A stretch of 64,000 nt of DNA from Mytilus californianus (Eukaryota), in assembly GCF_021869535.1 (NCBI RefSeq), contig NW_026262581.1, forward strand, positions 133,052,001 through 133,116,000, read 5' to 3'. Positions 28,501 through 38,500 of the stretch are shown here, piece after piece. The notes below the pieces were generated by a model, which saw only the letters and a list, made by a program, of their open reading frames with translations, had not been told where the DNA came from and made no database searches. The translations under genes were made by a program, and so were the position numbers. Each line of letters begins with the position of its first letter. Position 1 is the first letter of the stretch.

Positions 28501-31500
28501 TCATCAGCATATAGGTCTGTTTCACAATTTTCAATGCATAAGGGAAGGTCGTTTATAAATAGCACAAACAATAGAGGACCAAGTATAGAACCTTGGGGGA
28601 CACCAAATTTTACATGTTGTTGTTCAGAGTAAACATTACAAATGTTTACCTGCTGTTTTCTGTTATTCAGGTATGACTTGAAAAAACTAACAGTAGCCTC
28701 ACTAAATCCATAAATTTTAAGCTTTAAACAAAGAATGTCATGATCTACCAAATCAAAAGCTTTTTTAAAATCTAATAAAATTGCTAGGTTTAAATTACCA
28801 TCATTCATTTCTTGCAACCATTTGTCAATGATATTAATAAGTGCAGTTTGACAAGAATGCTGCGGCCTGAAACCAGATTGTGTAGGGTGTAAAAGTTTAA
28901 GTTATATGGGGTTCTTTGATATGCTGAATCTAACCATGTATTTAGATTTTTGATTGTTGGGCCCCGTTATCAACTTTGTCCACATTGAGATCAAAAGGGT
29001 CCAAAATTAAACTTTGTTTGATTTCATCAAAAATTGAATATATGGGGTTCTTTGATATGCTGAATCTAACCATGTATTTAGATTTTTGATTATGGGCCCA
29101 GTTTTCAAGTTGGTCCAAATCGGGGTCCAAAATTAAACTTTGTTTGATTTCAACAAAAATTGAATATATGGGGTTCTTTGATATGCTGAATCTAACCATG
29201 TATTTAGATTTTTGATTATGGGCCCAGTTTTCAAGTTGGTCCAAATCGGGGTCCAAAATTAAACTTTGTTTGATTTCAACAAAAATTGAATATATGGGGT
29301 TCTGTAATATGCTGAATCTAACCGTGTATTAAGTTTTTGGATTTTGGGCCCCGTTTTTAAATTGGTCCACATTGAAGTCCAAAGGGTCCAAAATTTAACT
29401 TTGTTTGATTTCATCAAAAATTGAATTATTGGGGTTCTTTGATATGCCGAATCTAACCGTGTATTTAGATTCTTAATTTTTGGTTCCCTTTTCAAATTGG
29501 TCTACATAAAGGTCCAAAGGGTCCAAAATTAAACTTAGTTTGATTTTAACAAAAATTGAATTTTTAGGGTTCTTTGATATGCTGAATCTAAACATGTATT
29601 TAGATTTTTGATTATGGGCCCAGTTTTCAAGTTGGTCCAAATTGGGGTCCAAAATTAAACTTTGTTTGATTTCAACAAAAATTGAATATATGGGTTCTTT
29701 GATATGCTGAATCTAACCATGTATTTAGATTTTTGATTTTTGGGCCCTGTTATCATTTTTGTCCACATTGAGATCAAAAGGGTCCAAAATTAAACTTTGT
29801 TTGATTTCATCAAAAATTGAATTCTTGGGGTTCTTTGATATGCTGAATCTAACCATGTATTTAGATTTTGGATATTGGACCATAATAGGTGAATGTCCAA
29901 TTTAAAATTTTTAAGTTCTTAGACCACATTCATTCTGTGTCAGAAACCTATGCTGTGTCAAATATTTAATCACAATCCAAATTCAGAGCTGTATCAAGCT
30001 TGAATGTTGTGTCCATACTTGCCCCAACTGTTCAGGGTTCGACCTCTGCGGTCGTATCAAGCTGCGCCCTGCGGAGCATTTTATTGTTATATGCTTAACA
30101 GTATATTTTTTTTAAAAAGTCATGAGAGATATAGTTAAAAGCCAGAATGCTATGTAAAGATAAGTACCTTCAACCTTAGCTTACCTTCAAAGTGTCCATT
30201 GTCAGATACACACTTAATATCAAATATACAAATATGTCTGAAAAGTTTTAATTATTTCAGATTAATTAGTTATGTTTAAAATATATCATATAGACCTTGA
30301 ATTTATTTTGGCAAGTTTTAAGTACTATAGATTTATTATTTTTCGTGGGATACCAATTTTTGTGGATTCGTTGGTAATTTTAAATGTTCAACGAAGTACA
30401 CATTTTCTATACACTTATTCGTAGACTAAGGCAAATCCATGAAATCTAATATCCATGAATATAAAATTTGTCCTAAATCCAAGAATATTGTTACCCGTGA
30501 AATTAATGAATCCACAGTATTTTTCCAATATGGAATGTCTATTTATAGAATAGCCAACCAGAAAATAATGGAATTAGAAAGCCAAGTAGAGGACTTACAA
30601 GAAAATCAAAAGACAGTTTCTAATGAAGAGATAATTGTAATGAAGAAAAAGTTAAATGAACAGATTCAGAGGACCCAAGAAAAAGACAATCAGTTGACTA
30701 AAATAAAAACAGTTCAGGATGAACAAGATTCAAAACTTAGTGCTAACTTAGATAAAATACAAGAACTGCAAGATCAGTTACACAAAAAAGAGGACGAAAT
30801 TAAATTGATGGAGGCAAAATATAAAAAATATCTAGACAAGGCTAGATGTGTAAGTATAAGTAGAAAGGTTGCTTTAACAATGTCTGGCTAAGATAAGACT
30901 CAAGTAAAAGATAATTTTAACCTTTTTATGCATTCTGTAACAATTATATGCCTATGGCAAGACACATTAAACAGAAAATCATATACGAAAAGACTGACAA
31001 TTCTAATTCTATAGTAAAAATTTTCACACAATACACAAACTCTACTGTATTCATATTGATCATGCCTCTTCTTTTACAACCTCTATAAATAGCCAATGAT
31101 CTAAGGAAATTTTAAACAGATATATCATGTCATGGAGGGGTATTTGCGTAAAATACCAGTCAAGGGACTGTGAAATTTCCCGAGCCGAAAGGCAAGGGAA
31201 ATTTGGTCCCAAGACTGGTATTTTTCGCAAATACCCCTCCGTAACATGATATATCTGTTTAATTACACCGAATAGATTTTGATTGAAACTCTCTGTACAG
31301 GTGAAGGGAAATCTTTCTTTTTTTACTAGTAAGCTGTTATCCATAAACATGTTTATGCATGATTTTGAGGATAAGTAGCAAGGCTTCCAAAATGGTCATA
31401 TATTCCAGACATTTGTATAATGTCCGGTAAAAGTCCAGCTGGGCAAAGCACGAAACGGTCATCTACTTTTTAGTTTTCAAGGCTTTCTTAAGAGATGGTC

Positions 31501-34500
31501 ATTTTAACATAATTCGTGATCTTTTTGACCCAACCTTTTGCCTTTAACAGCCACACATTTCCGGTCATAAAAGTGACATGATCATTAAGTACTATCAAAA
31601 CAACCCCTACTTTAATACCTTCTCATTTTAATCAAGGCTAATTAGTTGTCGAACAGCTGAAATTTACCTGTTCAGGTGACAGGTTTGCATCTAATTAATT
31701 TAGTCAAAAAGATTTAAATTATCAGAAATACATTTACAGATATGATTTGATGAAAAAATTAAAAAGGTGAAAATGAAAAATCGTCATAACCACGCTGTTT
31801 GAACCAGAGACATGTCTCTGTTTGAACTAGTACACGTGTGCGCATGTGCGCAGGTGTGAAATTTAATTATGCATCCTAATTTCTTCAAAAAATGCTTAAA
31901 TTGTCATTGATACCTTTATCTCAAATATTTTCTTGAAGAAATAACGTAGAATGAGCTACTTACACTCATTCATGCTTTGCAAACGTACACGGAATTTACG
32001 TATCCGTCTCTGGTCAATGTTTTACCATTGTCAAAATAACATCCGGTATTAGATTTAAAAACGAAAGTAAAGTTTTTGACCATGTTATTTTGCACAAATA
32101 AAGAGTCTAAGGCAGATATAAGTACGCTGATGTTGCACACTTCGAATGATGCACTGCCAATTTAACAGTTTACGTCAGAACTTCGAATTTGAATCAAAGA
32201 AAGTTTAATATCGGTTTTTTTTTAATGTCAATCATTGGGATGGCCAACTCGGCAACTGATTACCATAATTGCCTTTTGTTTATTTAGTCTTAAGGGATTA
32301 AAATCGGGATAATATATAAAATGTCCGGCTGGCTAAAAATAATTTTGGAAGCCCTGATAAGTAGAGACTATCATAGTACTGTGGGAATTATACATGTACT
32401 TATATGCGTTAGCGCTGTCTTTATGTAACGTCATGGTATCTATGTGTAAACGTCATTGTCTTTCCATCATTAAATCGTTCATTTGTATAGACATCTTTTT
32501 CCACTTATATACACAACGCATTCTTCAATATACGATCACGAGATTGGTGCCGTGTAGTCGTGTTGTCTGACATTTTTGTTTACAGTTTTCGGATTACCTC
32601 TATCAATCAATATTGCTTAATCATGTTGCCTTAATAATCGGGATAAGGTGATAAAGGTTCCAAATAATTTTGGCGGGAAGAGGCTCGCAAAGGTAAAAAA
32701 GGAATATCCAAAATGGCAAATACCATGGCATAGAGGGGATTTTGAGGCATATTCACCGGCAGTGGTGAAAAAACAGGCAAATTCATTTGAAATGAGGAAA
32801 AAAGGTTAGAATATGCGAAAAATACACTGGCTACCAACCAATCAAAATCCGGAATTTTAATATAAGGTGTAATTAGATAATAAATTATGTTTCCATTTTA
32901 ATGATTTTAGTGTCAGTAGTTTATGGGACTGAGGCTTAATTCATGAAAGAGAGAAAGTGTTTAGCTTTCAGGAACTCTATTCGTAAAAACGATTGCAATT
33001 TTTTTGGCAAATATTATATGATAGTTTTAGTTTACTAATTAATATTCATGGGGAAATTTTGGACAACGAAAGGATAAATCAAAGTAAGCTAAAGTAAGAT
33101 TTTGATGGTTTTAACATTGTCATGCTTAAGTTATTTCATTTGTGATTTTTTTCCTTAAAATTTCCTTCTTTAACAAGAAGTTTGCCTTTTACTACTTATA
33201 TGAGATGACTTAACTTTTATTGTTCCAAGTTGATGCACTTAATTTAGAATAATATGACTAGGAAGCAGGAATATTCTCCTGAATGTACTGACTATTCACT
33301 TATTGTCTTCAGCACATTGTGCCGTTGTGGACATGGTAATGATCTCAGTCCATCCTTCAGGTCAGCCAATATATCAAATACTCAGAGACCGTTTGACAGA
33401 AAGCTTTCATACTTGATAGGATTATTTGTCGTCATATTCTCTTGAACTTGCTTCTATATCTGTTTGATTTGACAATTTTTTTTGGTATTATAGGACTTTA
33501 ACCATTTTTGTTTTTGGAGTATTTTAACAATGACACATTGTGAATGCAACTCCTCTGAGACTGTTGGACAGAAAACTCTGATACGTGATAGGATTTTTTG
33601 CCATCAAGTGTCATTGACCATTTTATACTGTTATTTTGATTTGACCATTTCTGTGGGAGTTATGAGACTTTGACCATATTTTGACAATCCTACCACACTG
33701 ACACATTGTGACACTCCATTTATTTCCTCATTTATACAGTTACTGGGTACATTTCACTACAGCATAGCATTCTTGTTTTATTTAACCTAAGAAATGATTC
33801 ATGTTATTACACAGAATACACCAATATGTATTTATGATTGTAGGTCTTAAAAACATTAGACCCTAGACAGAATGTAGACACTGCCCCTGAAGTTCAGGCT
33901 CTAAGGAATCAGCTCTCAGAAAAAGAGAAATATATAGAACATATGGAGGTAAGAATCCGTTACCTCTCTCAGAGTAAGCGAGCTTTAAGTATGGTTTTAA
34001 ATCCATTGGTCAATAAACAGCTTGTTGTCAATCTGTTTGTTTACTTAACACAAGAAAACAACACAAATTTACTTTATATGAAAATACAGTCTTTGCAATG
34101 TTGAAATCAATTAATTAGTTTAGGACATGTAAATATTACTTTGTGATTTGTAGGCTAAATCAACTTAACAATCCATTGACATTCAGTATATATGACAGTT
34201 TTATTTAAGCTGACCTACAACAGGGATTTATGTAAGAATAAAAGAGATGTATGATATGCATTATATATAATGAAACAATAGCCCAACAACACAAACACAG
34301 AATCCAGAGGTTAACATATAGACAAGCATATCTTCAATATATCAGCTCTAAATTGCTAGCCAATTTGTGAATAAATATAACAGCCTACAAAAGATTTACC
34401 ATCAACACCTTATTACCTCATTGGTAAAAACATTGATAACTAAAACTATCATCTGACTCTCAATTCCACATCAACATGTGGCAGGGTTGAACTAGTATAT

Positions 34501-35525
34501 AGAGAACTCAACTCTCCTCCTTTTTAATCTTGATCAGTGAAATAACAAATTACATACATGTACAGTAAAAACTAAAAAGCTCTTACTAGTAACTCAATCT
34601 GAGAATGCTCACAATTACTGAGAGCAAGAACTGATATTTTATTTACAGGAAGAAAACAAGAAAGCCAGACTTATAAGAGAAGAAGAAGAGAAATATATGG
34701 TAGCTTCATGGTATAATTTAGTAAGTATGGTTAAAATTTCAGGTTATGAAAATAAACTAATTTGCCAAAGTGTGCTTTTTTTGTCTTGATTGCATTAAAT
34801 GTCACAGAATGTGGGAAGTATGGATGCTAAAATCATGTGACAGTAATAAGCTATTTGTATAAACCTTTATATTTCTTAAGTGGAAGAAAAGATCATTTAT
34901 ATCTTGTATACATATATCTTATGATCTAAAGTTTTGCAAGTGTCCTTGGTCTCATTTTTATTCTTTTTAATGAATGCATAAAAACTATCTAGGTCTTTCT
35001 GATTATATTTTCATAATTTTAAAAGTTACGTCTTTAAAATCATTGTAAGGTGTATATTTCTAAATGACTTGGTTCACCTGACCTTCACTTCATCTTTATT
35101 GTCCATTGATCAATGTTTTGTTTTAATGATTAGAGTTCAGTTTCTCAAAGACTTTCAGTGTATCATTCAGTTAAAAGCAGTTAAGTAGCATGCCAACTTT
35201 AGTTTTAGTTTTTAACTTAAGTTATTTTATAGTTTTTATTTATACACTGAAAAAGATTATCTGTTTTGTATTAGGTATGAATAGTTTAAAAACAAAATAA
35301 ACCCTCCTTTCTCCTTTTAACATCTATAAAGTGTACTTAATATCAATATTGTAATGTTGACAGTGACGTTTATTTTATTTGTAGGGCTTTCAATTGCACA
35401 GACAAGCAACTGAAGAGCGACTTAACAACAGTACCAATGGCATGTCCTTCTTAGCTCGCCAACGACAAATTAATTCACGGCGAACTCAGTCTATACCAAA
35501 CGCTCACACTAATTCATCTCGGTGA
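4501..35525 (+). CDS. HOOK3: Hook-family microtubule/dynein cargo adaptor (protein Hook homolog; invertebrate co-ortholog of HOOK1/2/3), 21 coding exons, 2115 nt, 704 aa
   Basis: Exons 4501-4539, 8126-8211, 10083-10155, 11050-11100, 12083-12134, 12306-12454, 12725-12781, 13545-13628, 14096-14190, 16698-16777, 19045-19109, 19481-19564, 20666-20708, 21186-21271, 22190-22354, 23706-23848, 24595-24738, 30549-30849, 33844-33948, 34649-34720, 35385-35525. All are GT-AG and join in phase with no internal stop. Hook hallmarks: [32 protein letters not shown], long coiled coil, [35 protein letters not shown]. Confidence 0.97.
6930..7520 (+). mobile_element. Two diverged 3'-end fragments of the same HINE family
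   Basis: caatccaaattcaga...ctgttcagggtt.gacctctgc appears twice, resembling 29970-30080. Confidence 0.65.
8126..8211 (+). CDS. HOOK3: Hook exon 2 ([29 protein letters not shown])
   Basis: tttttcag acceptor, GTGAGT donor, 86 nt. Confidence 0.95.
8335..9381. repeat. 37-bp minisatellite (GTATGTATGACATAATGTGGTTATGTGGTGTAAGTCG) split by a DNA transposon
   Basis: About 4 units at 8335-8488 and about 1.6 units at 9321-9381. Confidence 0.9.
8489..9320. mobile_element. Non-autonomous hAT-like DNA transposon (832 bp)
   Basis: Imperfect TIRs CAGGGTCCGACACTTA / rc CAGGGTTCAACATTA; subterminal GGGCAAGT and GGACAAGT repeats; GTATG duplicated at the flanks. Confidence 0.8.
9488..9785 (-). mobile_element. 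Abundant short interspersed repeat (AAGATGTGGTATGATTGCCAATGAGACAAC family)
   Basis: Homologous to 11826-12068 (+); end motif also at about 7733, 57897 and 59925; shares CCTGTCCCAAGTCAGGAGCC with the PLE tail at about 56570. Confidence 0.7.
10083..10155 (+). CDS. HOOK3: Hook exon 3 ([24 protein letters not shown])
   Basis: tctctatag acceptor, GTAAGT donor, 73 nt. Confidence 0.95.
10330..10935 (-). mobile_element. Truncated Penelope-like element 3' end
   Basis: Minus strand reads [68 protein letters not shown] (PLE-type RT C-terminus); tail recurs at 42230-42490, 47530-47700 and 54775-55050. Confidence 0.8.
11050..11100 (+). CDS. HOOK3: Hook exon 4 ([17 protein letters not shown])
   Basis: ttttgtag acceptor, GTCAGT donor, 51 nt. 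Confidence 0.95.
11826..12068 (+). mobile_element. Second copy of the AAGATGTGGTATGATTGCC interspersed repeat, abutting the Hook exon 5 acceptor
   Basis: Colinear similarity to rc of 9488-9785. Confidence 0.7.
12083..12134 (+). CDS. HOOK3: Hook exon 5 ([17 protein letters not shown])
   Basis: ttttatag acceptor, GTAAGT donor, 52 nt. Confidence 0.93.
12306..12454 (+). CDS. HOOK3: Hook exon 6 ([50 protein letters not shown])
   Basis: attcag acceptor, GTATGT donor; most conserved Hook-domain block. Confidence 0.97.
12725..12781 (+). CDS. HOOK3: Hook exon 7 ([19 protein letters not shown])
   Basis: tgttacag acceptor, GTTAGT donor, 57 nt. Confidence 0.9.
13005..13118 (-). mobile_element. Fragment of the PLE 3' tail seen at 56690-56830
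   Basis: rc of 13005-13118 matches ggccagctga...gacccatt.ggtggcctt.ggctgttttctg.tctttggtcgggttgttgtctc. Confidence 0.75.
13545..13628 (+). CDS. HOOK3: Hook exon 8 ([28 protein letters not shown])
   Basis: tgtacag acceptor, GTGTGT donor, 84 nt. Confidence 0.93.
13815..13960. repeat. 13-bp minisatellite (ATTCCATTATGTT)n
   Basis: About 11 units; explains spurious ORFs 13724-13978 and 13800-14030. Confidence 0.9.
14096..14190 (+). CDS. HOOK3: Hook exon 9 ([31 protein letters not shown])
   Basis: ttttaaag acceptor, GTAAGT donor, 95 nt. Confidence 0.92.
16135..16345. repeat. Degenerate tandem repeat of about 45 bp (GAAGTGTGACTTGCC...GGTTGC...GGTATTT)
   Basis: gaagtgtga/aagtgtga recurs 4-5 times at similar spacing. 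Confidence 0.6.
16698..16777 (+). CDS. HOOK3: Hook exon 10 ([27 protein letters not shown])
   Basis: ttttcag acceptor, GTAAGT donor, 80 nt. Confidence 0.93.
17003..18310. repeat. 62-bp minisatellite, about 21 units, Hook intron 10
   Basis: Unit GTTTGACCTTTAGTCTTCAGGCCTTTACTCTGTTATTTCCCTTTGTACAGATCTTATTTCTT; period 62 verified (17761 vs 17823). Confidence 0.95.
19045..19109 (+). CDS. HOOK3: Hook exon 11 ([22 protein letters not shown])
   Basis: tttttcag acceptor, GTTGGT donor, 65 nt. Confidence 0.92.
19481..19564 (+). CDS. HOOK3: Hook exon 12 ([28 protein letters not shown])
   Basis: gtttcag acceptor, GTAAGT donor, 84 nt. Confidence 0.94.
19794..20650 (+). mobile_element. Possible solo LTR or LTR-like remnant
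   Basis: Begins TGTAAC; GC-richer than the flanks; TGACGTCA 20235, CCAAT 20269, TATAAAA 20334; right boundary uncertain. Confidence 0.35.
20666..20708 (+). CDS. HOOK3: Hook exon 13 ([14 protein letters not shown])
   Basis: ttttttcag acceptor, GTAAGC donor, 43 nt. Confidence 0.92.
20755..21004. repeat. 34-35-bp minisatellite, 7 units, each containing GAG|GTAAGT
   Basis: Unit GATTATTTCATCAGAAAA(A)GTGAGGTAAGTAACTG; GT at 20779, 20814, 20848, 20882, 20917, 20952, 20986. Confidence 0.95.
21186..21271 (+). CDS. HOOK3: Hook exon 14 ([29 protein letters not shown])
   Basis: aacag acceptor, GTAAAT donor, 86 nt. Confidence 0.93.
21444..21586. repeat. 143-nt near-perfect inverted repeat (69-bp arms, 5-nt loop)
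   Basis: Arms 21444-21512 and 21518-21586 pair at 65 of 69 positions Watson-Crick. Confidence 0.95.
22190..22354 (+). CDS. HOOK3: Hook exon 15 ([55 protein letters not shown])
   Basis: catttttag acceptor, GTAAAC donor, 165 nt. Confidence 0.95.
22596..23636. mobile_element. Non-autonomous TIR DNA transposon (MITE, about 1.04 kb)
   Basis: TIR TGTAACACTC..AAACGTGTCCATCCCCC.AAAC at both ends; inserted in an (AT)n run (TA or ATAT duplication); many subterminal GGACACGTTT repeats. Confidence 0.85.
23706..23848 (+). CDS. HOOK3: Hook exon 16 ([22 protein letters not shown]...[10 protein letters not shown])
   Basis: tttttctctacag acceptor, GTATGT donor, 143 nt. Confidence 0.94.
24595..24738 (+). 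CDS. HOOK3: Hook exon 17 ([14 protein letters not shown]...[12 protein letters not shown])
   Basis: tttttacag acceptor, GTTAGC donor, 144 nt. Confidence 0.95.
25942..30085 (+). mobile_element. HINE-type element, inverted near-copy of 1-1892, with expanded satellite array and nested LINE
   Basis: Starts TTTTTATACG with the hairpin/microsatellite block deleted; ends GCGGTCGTAT plus hairpin GCTGCGCCCTGCGGAGCA and TTTTATT. Confidence 0.85.
27406..28902 (-). mobile_element. 5'-truncated CR1/L2-group LINE; RT and C-terminal ORF uninterrupted
   Basis: Frame open from about 28900 ([18 protein letters not shown]) to stop 27675; [31 protein letters not shown]; 3' UTR ending in (TAT)n tail; TATAT duplication at 27401-27405 and 28903-28907. 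Confidence 0.95.
30549..30849 (+). CDS. HOOK3: Hook exon 18 ([17 protein letters not shown]...[13 protein letters not shown])
   Basis: tttatag acceptor, GTAAGT donor, 301 nt; lies inside track ORF 30439-30891. Confidence 0.94.
31112..32875. mobile_element. Unclassified element with a 151-nt terminal hairpin (31112-31262) and short inverted motifs TAATTACACC / GGTGTAATTA
   Basis: Hairpin verified by eye; CAATCAAAATC and GCGAAAAATAC motifs recur at the right end (32815-32875); hosts a nested hAT MITE. Confidence 0.55.
31379..32356. mobile_element. hAT-superfamily MITE (978 bp)
   Basis: 15-bp TIR CA(A/G)GGCTTCCAAAAT with 1 mismatch; exact 8-bp TSD ATAAGTAG at 31371-31378 and 32357-32364. Confidence 0.93.
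33844..33948 (+). CDS. HOOK3: Hook exon 19 ([35 protein letters not shown])
   Basis: ttgtag acceptor, GTAAGA donor, 105 nt. Confidence 0.95.
34649..34720 (+). CDS. HOOK3: Hook exon 20 ([24 protein letters not shown])
   Basis: atttacag acceptor, GTAAGT donor, 72 nt. Confidence 0.95.
35385..35525 (+). CDS. HOOK3: Hook exon 21, terminal ([46 protein letters not shown])
   Basis: tttgtag acceptor; SFLARQRQ motif; TGA at 35523-35525. Confidence 0.95.
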   Translation, partial: GFQLHRQATEERLNNSTNGMSFLARQRQINSRRTQSIPNAHTNSSR

Positions 35526-38500
35526 AATTGTTTAGCCTTTTAATTACATGTGCAATCTTTTTATAACATACTATATTTATACCTCATAAGAGTCAAGGTC
35601 ATATTTTTTGTTTTCCCTTAGGTCATTTAATTTTTCATTAAATAGAAGATACTTTGATAGTACCACAAAATGTGTTTGAACTTCCTGAAAACTGTAGTGT
35701 GAATCCAACAGCTTTCAGCAAAGATGACCAATGCTTAGATTTGTGTCATTAAATACTTTCAACAAATTACTATTAATAATATGAACATTAGGGCAACGTT
35801 TTATTTTTATCATGATAAACTTTATGTGTTTGAAAGTCACAGAGGACACTATAGTAATTTTGGTTGGTATAATCAAACATATTATACCATCGTAAGATTT
35901 TGTTTGGTATAATCAAACATATTATACCATCGTAAGATTTTGTTTTAAGATATTTACAAGTTGATAATGTCAAACATCATCTTTTATTTTAGTCCTAAAT
36001 ACTTTTCAAGGAAACATGAACTTTGAATGATATTGTGACAGTTTTTTACCCATAATTCATTTGTATGTTATCTGTTATGTGTGTCAGATTTTGCTGTGAT
36101 TTGTTAGTAAATTGTTGTGAAAGGAAACAGTCAAAATGTCATTATACTGAAATTTTTCAATATTTCTCAAAATTCTTCAAATATTCATTTGGTTAAAATG
36201 AAATGAAACGGAGGGAGTTGTCTTTATATAGGTATCAGTGATAAAAAAAACCCCATTATAGTTAGCTCTAACCTGTTCCCAATAATTACTAAATATGTGA
36301 AGATATTCTTTTTCAACTTTGAAAAAAAGTAAATATTTTTATTCTATGGTATTGGTGTTTGTGATGTTTAAGTTCAAATATTATCTAATCCTTATTAGTT
36401 TTGTTTATATGTAAGTTCAGATATTTTTTTTAATCCGTAGTAGTCACGTGTTTATTCATATGTATCTAGAATCTTTCTTTATTATATCTTTTACAATATC
36501 TATATTTTGAACAACAATCCTAATCTTAAATTGTGTGGAAAGAGTTATATGATATAAATTCTTTTGATAAGCTTTGTGTTTTAAGTAAAAACTTAAGTTC
36601 CGTTATTGCCACTAGATGTAAATGAAAAGACAAGACACCTATTTTGAATACTCATTTTAGATTAGCAAAAGTTAAAGTATTAGCCAAGATATAAATAGAG
36701 ATTTTTTATTAGTTTCTTCTTATTTTCAAAGTGTGTAATATATTTATAATGATATTCACTAACTGTGATTTGCATATTTGTGATATGGAAGAGAGATATA
36801 TATAAGTATATGAAACTTCTACTGCCATCACTGTAAATAGATTTTCTCTAGTCATAAAATATCAAAATGGTTGTACAGACAAGGTATTGTGTTGTCCAAG
36901 TAGCATATTAATTAGATTTTTGCTGATATATATTTCTATATTAAACTTCAAAACAATTTTTTCAATTTTAAAATAAATATTTGTTGTAGTCAATTTATTC
37001 GTGCCAACTTTGCCTTGTTTACAAAAGCCATATGGGTATAACTTATAACTACAGAATACCATGCCTTTTAAGTATGCTAGGCAAAACCACCATTCGCACT
37101 TAAATACTTTCATTTTACATATTTTCATAGAAACTGGCATTTACTCTTTGAAAATGATTTTAATGCAACATCATAGATATATTTTTATCCATAAAGAAAT
37201 CTTTATTATTTCAGATACTTTCTGTTATATAGTACATGTAGCAACCCGAATAAATTCTCAAATATTGTACATTTTTTCATACAAGTAGAAATTTCAGTGA
37301 AATCTGAAATTTATTAAGTATATCAAAAAAAGTTATGTTTTGATACTTTTAGAAACTTTTTTGAAAATGATGTAGCAAATTATTTTTTCAGTATTGAAAC
37401 ATTATTATGTTGTTTACATAAGGTCTGAATCTCGTGTAGTTGTATTTATTTTGTCATTTTGTATATACACATAGATCATATTCAACTTATAACAAACAGC
37501 TTATATTGTAAATAAGAAAAATGTACTTGCATTTATAACCAAATTACTTACACACTTATTAATATGAAAAAGAAAGCATTTGATCCAATTACTGACTGCA
37601 TCATAAAGAGACTTTATTTAACCGATGCTAATAGTTATTTTACCCCACTAAGTGCAATGGAGTGTAAAGTAATTATAGTGTCATATAATCAACCTGTCCA
37701 TTCACATTTTGTTTTAAGCAACTGCTCTAAAATCCAGTGACTTTATTGTTTAATAAATCTTTTAGAAAATATTCAGTACCTGTGTATTACTGGTATTTAT
37801 TCTACAAATAATTTCGAGCATTTTCTTAGGCAAAGCGTTGACTTTTCAACATCTTATTAAATAAGGGAGTGGGGATATGACTCTCCTTAGGAGTGATTAC
37901 CTGATTTTATAGTTATTGGGACAGTTGCATAAAAAAATCATGTACAATTGATATATAGCTCAAAACATCAAAATAAGTTCCAAAGAAGTCAAAAGAAACA
38001 GCATTTGCCTATTTACATTTCGAAGAGTATGTTTTTTTATGACCCAATTGGTTCATAGAAGTCAGTCGTTTGAATGCAATTCTCAACAATGTTAAATGAA
38101 AGTCACTAATGTTCTCATTCTAAAATATCATAGTCTGATTTTAAGAAGTCTTAATTTGTCATCCATGACACTTGCAAGAAAATAATATATTCTCATAATC
38201 ATTATATTTCTTAGTTTAATACATTTTAAACACACTCTTTCAAATGCTACTTTGACAGTTTTTGTAGAAATATAACTTTTCTATCCAAAGATAACATTTA
38301 TATACTGTAGATTATCTATTTCAAGGTTTTGAGAAAAAAATAAACCATATGTTTAAGATATTTCATTTGGTTAACTTACCGTTTGTTCCTGAAAATGCAA
38401 TGAAAATATTTTTTTAGGAGTTATGTAAATGGTTTTGTTATACATGATATTTATGAAAAATGTGTATCCCAGTAATATTGATGGCATTATGATTATACCT

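Noticed and set aside
30439-30548. ATG 30439 as a start for the exon-18 ORF
   Set aside because: Intronic read-through; the acceptor at 30547-30548 and the phase from exon 17 explain the coding part
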